A stretch of 64,000 nt of DNA, taken from contig JAZDKB010000035.1 in the NCBI GenBank assembly GCA_043803405.1, positions 1-64,000 on the forward strand, given 5' to 3'. Under the pieces are notes generated by a model that saw nothing but the letters and a program-made list of their open reading frames with translations, made no database searches and was not told the DNA's origin. A program made the position numbers and the translations under genes. The DNA comes from Spirochaetota bacterium. Its GTDB lineage: Bacteria > Spirochaetota > UBA4802 > JAFGDQ01. This document shows positions 57,162-64,000 of this stretch, piece after piece; the stretch's first letter is position 1; each line of letters opens with the position of its first letter.

Positions 57162-59522
57162 TTAACTTTCCATTTCTTTTAATACTTTTTTATATATTTC
57201 ATAATATTCTGAATCGGCAAAATGTTTAATGCTGTCTTCAGGCAATTTCTCAAGAAGCTCATCAAGATACCTGAGTAATTTTTTTATTTCTTCTTTATTC
57301 TCAGTATTGCTTTTATTTGATTTTTCAGGACCATTATTGTCTTCATAAATTGTTATTTTATCAGTTATATCCTGTATTGTTTCTTTAATTTTCGTAGTCA
57401 TTGAAGCCTCGAATTTTTTCTTTATTTTATCAACGTCTTCCTCAAAAATTACTGCGTTTTTTGAGGATATATCATCCTCAATGCTCTTTTTTTCATTATC
57501 CATGAGGCTGTCTGGAATTGGAAGAATATATTTATATTTGCTTAATGTTATAGTATCGGATGGATGCTGATCAAATCCTGTTTTTGCGAATTCAGCTTTC
57601 TTAAAATCTATCTCTCTTTCTTTTATTTTAAATAATTGATTTTCTATAAGCTCTATTTCATCGGGGATTAATCCCAGCGTTTGTTCGTAAGGAATTGTAA
57701 CATTTTCTTTTGCGATATCATGCGGCTGCCTGTCAGGCGTCACGGGCTTTCTAATTGCATCTTTTGACAAAAATGTATTTTCTACAAAAGCAATATCCTC
57801 ATCGGAAAATAATTGCCTGTTTTCCAATTCTTTTTCTCTTAACAGATCTTTAAATGAAGGATAATTATCTCTAATTAACCCGGTTATTGCTTTTTGACCG
57901 CCTGTGTCGGATTCGGCAAGCTGTTTGGCTTTACCTTCAACAACATCTACTATCATCGATGTCATATCGTCCAATTCATTAAATTCCAAAAAATGCCCGC
58001 GTTCGCTCTGCTTATCAGGATTTTCATTATCGATAATAAAAACATTTTGATCTTTTAATTTCGGATTAAAATCTTCCTGAGCAGGTTTCTGTTTTTCATT
58101 TATATCCGCGTTTGTATCCCGACTAGTGCTAATAATATTTGTTTTAATTTTGTGTTCTACTTTTTCCGTAACAGCAGGAGTTTCTTCCTCTTTTTTAGTT
58201 GCTACCTCTTCTAATTTTTCCGTTACGACGGGAGCTTGTCCTTCTTTTTTATTTTTTTCCGTAGCTTCAGCAATATCGACTGTATTTTCCGATGTAGAAG
58301 TTAATTCTTCAAGTTTGATTTCTGAATATTCAATTTTTTCTTTTTTCGGTTCAGGTTCAATTTCCTCAATGCCGTTCGCTTTTACTTCTTCTTTTTTTTG
58401 CGTTGAAACGGGTTCTTCTATTTTTTTTATTTGTGCTTTTTCAGCTTTAACTAACTTTTTTATTTTAAGCTTTTTCGTCCTGGTTATTTCTGCATTTTTT
58501 TTTATGATATTTTCAGAAGGCAGCATATCAAGTTCTTTGAGCTCTTCCAGAATATCTCCTTTAGCCAGCGAAAGCAAATCTTCTTCCGCCATGGCTTCCG
58601 CTTCGTTCAAGTCAATCTTTCCAAACTCATCCATGTCGAAATCGGCTGGTTCTCCCAGAAGTTTATCCGGCACTTCTATTGTTATCAGATTTTCCTTGTC
58701 GGATATAGAAGGGACTTTAAAATCCAGACTGGTGCTTTCCTTCTGTAAAATTATATCTATTTTCCTAATAATTTTTTCATGCTCGCTTTTTATACTGTCG
58801 AGCTGTGAAATTTCATTGATGTCTTTTCTTTCCTTATCCTCTTCTTTTTGTAATAATTTTTCTATTTTTTCTTCAATTCCTGCTATTTTTTCATTTACAA
58901 CCTGTATAGTTTCTATTTGTTTTTGTTCTATTGTCTGTACTGTTTTCAGTTCGGACTTTATTTTTGCAGCATTATCTATTTTAAATTCTTCTTCATTTAT
59001 CTCAGTTATATAATCCTGATCTATTTCTTGCAGAAATTTTTCTTTTTTATTTTCCTGCTCACCTTTAAGAGATGAAATAACATTTTCATGTTTAATAATA
59101 TTTAAATCTTTATCTTTTAAATCTACAGTTTTTTCGACAGATTTTGTTTCTTCTTTTTTTGGCGTAATAGTTGTTTTAACAGATTTAACAGGACTTTTTC
59201 GTTTTTTTATATATGTCAGGCTGTCAATATGAAGCGTTAATTTTTGTATATTTATACGGTTTTCCTCATCACCGGATATGGAATCTGTCTTTCTTGAGTT
59301 AGTTTCAAACTCATCAATAATTGTCATTGATTTCAGCGTATTTAAATTGATGCCCAATTCTTCATAATCCTTATAGCGGGAATCTGCTTTTAAATTATCC
59401 CTTAATTTTTCATCACCATTGATAATAATACTTTCCGCTATTGCTTCAGGTATTTCGGCAATTTCTTCAGAGTCATAATCCGCTAATGCGGATTTTGTTT
59501 TATTATCAATTTTGCTTTTCAT
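57162..59522 (-). CDS. Large Glu/Lys-rich low-complexity protein with spirochaete-type C-terminal helix motif
   Basis: 786-aa ORF ending LRYLDELLEKLPEDSIKHFADSEYYEIYKK; stop 3 bp before the next gene. Confidence 0.72.
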   Translation of the reverse strand: MKSKIDNKTKSALADYDSEEIAEIPEAIAESIIINGDEKLRDNLKADSRYKDYEELGINLNTLKSMTIIDEFETNSRKTDSISGDEENRINIQKLTLHIDSLTYIKKRKSPVKSVKTTITPKKEETKSVEKTVDLKDKDLNIIKHENVISSLKGEQENKKEKFLQEIDQDYITEINEEEFKIDNAAKIKSELKTVQTIEQKQIETIQVVNEKIAGIEEKIEKLLQKEEDKERKDINEISQLDSIKSEHEKIIRKIDIILQKESTSLDFKVPSISDKENLITIEVPDKLLGEPADFDMDEFGKIDLNEAEAMAEEDLLSLAKGDILEELKELDMLPSENIIKKNAEITRTKKLKIKKLVKAEKAQIKKIEEPVSTQKKEEVKANGIEEIEPEPKKEKIEYSEIKLEELTSTSENTVDIAEATEKNKKEGQAPVVTEKLEEVATKKEEETPAVTEKVEHKIKTNIISTSRDTNADINEKQKPAQEDFNPKLKDQNVFIIDNENPDKQSERGHFLEFNELDDMTSMIVDVVEGKAKQLAESDTGGQKAITGLIRDNYPSFKDLLREKELENRQLFSDEDIAFVENTFLSKDAIRKPVTPDRQPHDIAKENVTIPYEQTLGLIPDEIELIENQLFKIKEREIDFKKAEFAKTGFDQHPSDTITLSKYKYILPIPDSLMDNEKKSIEDDISSKNAVIFEEDVDKIKKKFEASMTTKIKETIQDITDKITIYEDNNGPEKSNKSNTENKEEIKKLLRYLDELLEKLPEDSIKHFADSEYYEIYKKVLKEMES

Positions 59523-59734
59523 AATAATAGAATTACTAATTGACCTAAATGATAAAAAGAACCATTATTTTACAAATATTCAACTAATTTGTTATTTTCC
59601 TTATTATATTTATTATCGGTAATAATGCATACTAAGTTTATTAAAGGAATAATCAGGATATTTAATAATACTAACAAAAAACGGCAAAAGTTCAATATGA
59701 AAATAATTGTTATGCACTTATTGAGATAGAAACA

Positions 59735-60367
59735 ATGACCAGGATAAAATCAAAAAAGATAATATCAAAACTAAAACAATATTACGGTAACATTAAAAGT
59801 TCCTCCTTACATTACTCAAATATTTATCAGCTCGTTGTCAGCGTAGTTCTTTCGGCGCAAACAACCGATAAACAGGTCAATTCAGTTACTTCAATTCTTT
59901 TTAATAAATATACCGATTTTTATTCTTTATCTGAAGCAGCGGTTTCCGATATAGAATTAGTAATAAAGAGTGTAGGGCTTTATAAAACAAAAGCCAGAAA
60001 TATAAATAATTTATCTAAAATAATTGTTAATGAATATAATAACATAGTGCCGGATGAGCTTAACAAATTAATCAGTCTCCCCGGGATTGGACGAAAATCG
60101 GCAAATGTTATTTTATCAATGGGTTTTAATAAGCCGGCATTACCTGTCGATACTCATATTTTAAGAATAGCAAATAGAATCGGCTACGTCAATTCATCCG
60201 ATCCGTATAAAGCTGAAATTGCGCTTATGAATAATATTCCTGAAGAAAACTGGATAGAATCGCATCTTCTATTTATTAAGCATGGAAGAGAATTATGCAA
60301 GGCAAAAAAACCGTTATGTTTAATTTGTCCTGTCAGCAAATTATGCAACTATGCATTGTCTCAGTAA
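59735..60367 (+). CDS. nth: Endonuclease III
   Basis: LSAQTTD, HhH LPGIGRKSANV, VDTH, CKAKKPLCLICPVSKLC. Confidence 0.96.
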   Translation: MTRIKSKKIISKLKQYYGNIKSSSLHYSNIYQLVVSVVLSAQTTDKQVNSVTSILFNKYTDFYSLSEAAVSDIELVIKSVGLYKTKARNINNLSKIIVNEYNNIVPDELNKLISLPGIGRKSANVILSMGFNKPALPVDTHILRIANRIGYVNSSDPYKAEIALMNNIPEENWIESHLLFIKHGRELCKAKKPLCLICPVSKLCNYALSQ

Positions 60368-60388
60368 TGGTAAGTTTTATTAAAATAT

Positions 60389-61717
60389 TTATCTGGGGTC
60401 CGGCGAATGCCTGTATTTAAGATAATATTTTTTAAAAATTGCAATTGTTTCCGGGTCGTTTTTCTCCTGATCAAAAACCGCAACAGTATCGATATTCGTA
60501 ATTATTTTTAATGCATCATAAGCGCTGTTCGCTATGTTTTCATCAATATCTGTTATAAAATTCAGCAGATAAGGAATAGATTCAATGCTTTTATTCTCTG
60601 TTAAAACTCTCATGCTCCATAGCTTGAAAACTTTACTCGAATTTTTTAATTTTAATAATAAATCTTTTTCATGGCCAACTAAGTATTTTGCAGCCAGTTT
60701 AATAAAATTTTCCGCTTTATCGAGGTTATTTAACTCTGTTTCCGAAACTGTATCTGCATAGGATAAAATTTTTTCAAAGGAAACATCGATATTATTCCTG
60801 ATGAGATAAGAAGAAATAGTGTCAGCCGATTCAACAGATCCTGACAATAACATATCTTCCCATTCTTCCCTTGAATATTTTACATCAATCGAATACCGGC
60901 TGGAAAAGAACAACACCTCTTTTAATAGTCCTTTGTCCGATGTTTTTACAGCCAGGTTTTTTAATTTTTCCAGGGGAAAAGTAAATCCCATCCTGAGAAA
61001 TATTAATCCGGCTTCTTTCTTTTGAAAACTTTTCTCCTCTGATTGTTTAAAGAATACTGAGAAACAGCTTACAGTTGAAAAGAAAATAAATATACTCAGT
61101 ACTACACTTAATATCGCACTATTTCTGATGTTATTGAAAAATTCATTAATAAGAAAAAACAAAAATAATATTATTTTTATAAGTTTTATGCCGGTAATCG
61201 CAATACCGGTATCAATTACCGAATAAATAACTTTATCCAGTATCCCGTAAATAAACAATATGCTTAGAAAGAGCAGAATCCTTATGCTTAATTTTTTTTT
61301 AAGACTAAGTACTATAAGAAGGAGCCATGAATATATAACTGTGTTTGAATATCTTCCGTTCAGCAAACTTAAAAGTGGATTCCACGGCCAGTCCTGAACT
61401 CTGATATAATCAATTAAAGTAAAAATGATGGTAAAAATATATATAAGGAGGAACGGCAGTATTCGCGTCTCTGCAAAAAGCAAAAAAATACCTTTCCTGC
61501 CGTATTTATCGGCGTACTCTTTTTTAAGCTGATTGATCTCGATTGAAGCAAAGATAAATATGAGGTAAAACGATAAAACAAAGAGATAAGCTCTAACAAT
61601 TACAGAAACGCCATACCAGCTATAATTAAAATTAAAATACAGGTTAAAAATGAGCAGGAAAATAAAAGTAATAATAAATACTGATATTTCCCTGAGTTTT
61701 GGGATAAAAACGGTCAT
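60389..61717 (-). CDS. Hypothetical polytopic membrane protein with HEAT-like C-terminus
   Basis: About 7 TMs then helical repeats (SIPYLLNFITD...AYDALKIIT). Confidence 0.7.
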   Translation of the reverse strand: MTVFIPKLREISVFIITFIFLLIFNLYFNFNYSWYGVSVIVRAYLFVLSFYLIFIFASIEINQLKKEYADKYGRKGIFLLFAETRILPFLLIYIFTIIFTLIDYIRVQDWPWNPLLSLLNGRYSNTVIYSWLLLIVLSLKKKLSIRILLFLSILFIYGILDKVIYSVIDTGIAITGIKLIKIILFLFFLINEFFNNIRNSAILSVVLSIFIFFSTVSCFSVFFKQSEEKSFQKKEAGLIFLRMGFTFPLEKLKNLAVKTSDKGLLKEVLFFSSRYSIDVKYSREEWEDMLLSGSVESADTISSYLIRNNIDVSFEKILSYADTVSETELNNLDKAENFIKLAAKYLVGHEKDLLLKLKNSSKVFKLWSMRVLTENKSIESIPYLLNFITDIDENIANSAYDALKIITNIDTVAVFDQEKNDPETIAIFKKYYLKYRHSPDPR

Positions 61718-62671
61718 TTATTGATCCGAATTCTGAAATAATTTTAACATTTCCGTGGAAAAATAATGATCTTCAACTCCGTAGCCTTTTTTATTTGTAC
61801 CAATTACGGTAAATTCAGAAAAATTTCTGTAACGAAGGTATTTATTTTTTTTGCTTTTGGGGACTGGCATAGGCAAGGAGTAAAATGATTTTGCAACTAA
61901 TAAATCGACATCATCCTGCGCATCCATATATGAAAATTCGCTTGAAATCAGGCTGCCGCTATTTTCATCTATTGTGAGAGATTCGCATTCAACATTAATA
62001 ATCGGGATATTGCCGCTTTTCTTGGAAATAAATCCGTTCGATTCCGGTATTGTGTCTTTCTCGTTATACGTTAAGGTCATTGACATGTCGCGGAATTGCA
62101 CTGTCACGCGGCTTTGTATGCTGATATTGCTTAACTTATTAATGCCCCATAAATGTTCGCGCTGTCCTAAACAATCAAAATTAGCTTTTTTCCCTTTATC
62201 CTCACCGGATTTAACTAATATGTCTCCTGTAATTTTACATCTTTGCTGATATTTATTCCATGTTTTATTGCTGATGATTTGCTGGTCATTGATTACATCA
62301 TCAATAATATTTTCAGGAAAGTCATATATCGGGAAAACGCCCTGAATATATAAATTTGCAGTAATAAATTCGTTTTTAAATACAAGCTTGAATTTTTCCA
62401 AAGGAGAAGAGATGTTGTATTCAAACTTGCCATTCGATATTTTTTTATTGTTCAGCTTTCCGTTGAAGTCAATAAAGCTCGTATTCTCATATTTTTTATT
62501 ATTAAATATAATTAACCAGTCGGCTTCAATTTGATTCTTATTGAAGAGATAATCAATATCAACAGAGCCGTAAACCTTATTTTTTTTGCTGATGAAGTTA
62601 ATATTAAATGATTCTACCCATTCTTTATGTTTTTTAAATTCATGTATGTATTCATCATTTTTATGAATCAT
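61718..62671 (-). CDS. Hypothetical protein (probably beta-rich)
   Basis: 317-aa ORF; WVESF, YQQ, GQREHLWG resemble tocopherol-cyclase/AttH-like folds (weak). Confidence 0.65.
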   Translation of the reverse strand: MIHKNDEYIHEFKKHKEWVESFNINFISKKNKVYGSVDIDYLFNKNQIEADWLIIFNNKKYENTSFIDFNGKLNNKKISNGKFEYNISSPLEKFKLVFKNEFITANLYIQGVFPIYDFPENIIDDVINDQQIISNKTWNKYQQRCKITGDILVKSGEDKGKKANFDCLGQREHLWGINKLSNISIQSRVTVQFRDMSMTLTYNEKDTIPESNGFISKKSGNIPIINVECESLTIDENSGSLISSEFSYMDAQDDVDLLVAKSFYSLPMPVPKSKKNKYLRYRNFSEFTVIGTNKKGYGVEDHYFSTEMLKLFQNSDQ

Positions 62672-62856
62672 GAGAAATTATTCCTTTAATCGGTTTTTAA
62701 TGCCTTCATAAAAGTTTCAGGCGAATTGGGGGACCAATATATATTATTAAATCATTTTGATATAAAATTTAAATCGTATATCTATATATTATTTGTTCAA
62801 AGGAGAATTAATTTTATAAAAAGATTAAAGCATAATTCAATCATTTTTTAAAATTA

Positions 62857-63684
62857 TTAATTCTTTTTTAAAAGAGCTATCCTCGGCAAATTTGCATAAT
62901 CATTCAACATAGTAACAGTGAATTCTTTCCCGATATCGGTTTTCTGAATGTTAGATTCATTTCCTATTTCAATTATCAGCATTCCGTCAGGATTTAATAA
63001 TTCTCCTGCTTCAGATATCAGCCTGTTTATTATTTCATTTCCATGATCTCCGGCAAACAAGGCATTTTTTGGTTCAAAGAATATTTCTTTTTGCAGAGAA
63101 CCATTAATTGCCATATCTAAATATGGAGGATTGGACAGAATTATATCGAATTTTTTGCCTTTGTATGCCTGGAATAAATCGCTTATGGAAAATAAAATAG
63201 AATCGTTTCCCAGGATTCTTTTCGCATTCTTCCTGGCAATTTTTAATGCTTTCTCCGAATTATCGCAGGCATAGACAGAAAGATCAGGCCTGTTTATTTT
63301 TAAGGCAACTGCAATCGCTCCGGAACCCGTGCCTATATCAAGAACAGAATTGTCTTTTTTCGCATAGTAAATTACAAGGTCAACAATCTGTTCAGTTTCA
63401 GGTCTAGGGATTAATACATCTTTTGTTACTATAAAGTCAAGCGAGTAAAATTCTTTCTTTCCAGTAATATACGCAACAGGTTCGCCCTTTATTCTTTTTT
63501 TTATAAAAGAATTAAGTTTTGTTATATTGCTTTTAGTAAGCTCATTTTCCCAATCGACAAAGAGTTTAAATTTATCGGTATTTAATACTTCTGCCAGCAA
63601 TACCTGGGCATCAAGAACAGGATTATCAATGTTTTTTTTTAAAAATATATTGATTGTATTATTAAGAGCTTCTTCAACAGTCAT
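62857..63684 (-). CDS. prmC: Release factor glutamine methyltransferase
   Basis: GEPVAYI, VLIPRPETE, DIGTGSGAI, SNPPY; directly downstream of prfA. Confidence 0.96.
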   Translation of the reverse strand: MTVEEALNNTINIFLKKNIDNPVLDAQVLLAEVLNTDKFKLFVDWENELTKSNITKLNSFIKKRIKGEPVAYITGKKEFYSLDFIVTKDVLIPRPETEQIVDLVIYYAKKDNSVLDIGTGSGAIAVALKINRPDLSVYACDNSEKALKIARKNAKRILGNDSILFSISDLFQAYKGKKFDIILSNPPYLDMAINGSLQKEIFFEPKNALFAGDHGNEIINRLISEAGELLNPDGMLIIEIGNESNIQKTDIGKEFTVTMLNDYANLPRIALLKKN

Positions 63685-63710
63685 AAAAAATCATCTTTTA
63701 AATGCTGATA

Positions 63711-64000
63711 TTAACTTTTACCTGAAGATTTTAAAAGCTGTTCCTGATCGTATTTTTTTAAATTTTCGATCAGACCATCCAGGTCACCATCAAGTACGCT
63801 TTCCAGTGAATGAAGCGTAAGCCCGATCCTGTGATCTGTAACGCGTGATTGCGGAAAATTATATGTTCTGATCTTTTCGCTTCTGTCTCCCGAACCTATT
63901 TGAGAGCGTCTTTTCTCGGATTCTTCATTCTTTCTCTCATTATCGACGATTTCAAATAATCTTGCCCTAAGAATTTTAAGCGCTTTAGCCTTGTTTTTAT
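63711..64000 (-). CDS. prfA: Peptide chain release factor 1, C-terminal fragment (not in ORF track)
   Basis: Manual translation [14 protein letters not shown]...[25 protein letters not shown]...SSGKS-stop. Confidence 0.95.
   Translation of the reverse strand, partial: KNKAKALKILRARLFEIVDNERKNEESEKRRSQIGSGDRSEKIRTYNFPQSRVTDHRIGLTLHSLESVLDGDLDGLIENLKKYDQEQLLKSSGKS

Noticed and set aside
58126..59013. 295-aa Ser/Phe-rich + strand ORF (and similar ones at 21.8-23.6 kb)
   Set aside because: Antisense mirror of Glu/Lys-rich coding sequence
1..64000. tRNA, rRNA, transposase, integrase, prophage or defence genes
   Set aside because: No such motifs seen by eye; a covariance-model scan would be needed to exclude small RNAs

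Overview
Gene-dense chromosomal window, most likely from an anaerobic Leptospira-related spirochaete. This is inferred from a SpiroCoCo-like coiled-coil protein, spirochaete-style lipoproteins and the bactofilin-pdxA arrangement, together with Fe-S, B12 and molybdopterin enzymes. From left to right it contains: the 3' part of a chemosensory operon (mcp-cheW-cheA-STAS-cheY-cheD'-cheR-cheD-cheB); a degenerate 21-bp periodic array; a FadH-like flavoenzyme; a MoxR/DUF58/DUF4159/VWA operon; a 1,438-aa 2-hydroxyacyl-CoA dehydratase activator-like fusion; several spirochaete core or hypothetical genes; two MATE pumps; a B12 radical SAM enzyme; a dmsABC-like operon; lipid-metabolism genes; rtcB-archease; a GH57 glucanotransferase beside a two-component pair; rdgB, pdxA, an M23 peptidase, a GAF/degenerate-GGDEF protein, nth, prmC and the 3' end of prfA. 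I saw no rRNA, tRNA, CRISPR, transposase or prophage; only small REP/MITE-like elements. The best candidates for new biology are: (1) the chemosensory system, whose CheA carries a tandem MshEN-like (c-di-GMP-binding) module and which encodes a CheD lacking the catalytic Cys alongside a normal CheD; (2) the 21-bp array; (3) a Tat-less DMSO-reductase-family complex; (4) a cysteine-free HesB/IscA homologue upstream of rtcB-archease; (5) a two-component pair with no output domain next to the GH57 gene. All calls come from motif recognition by eye; no database searches were run.
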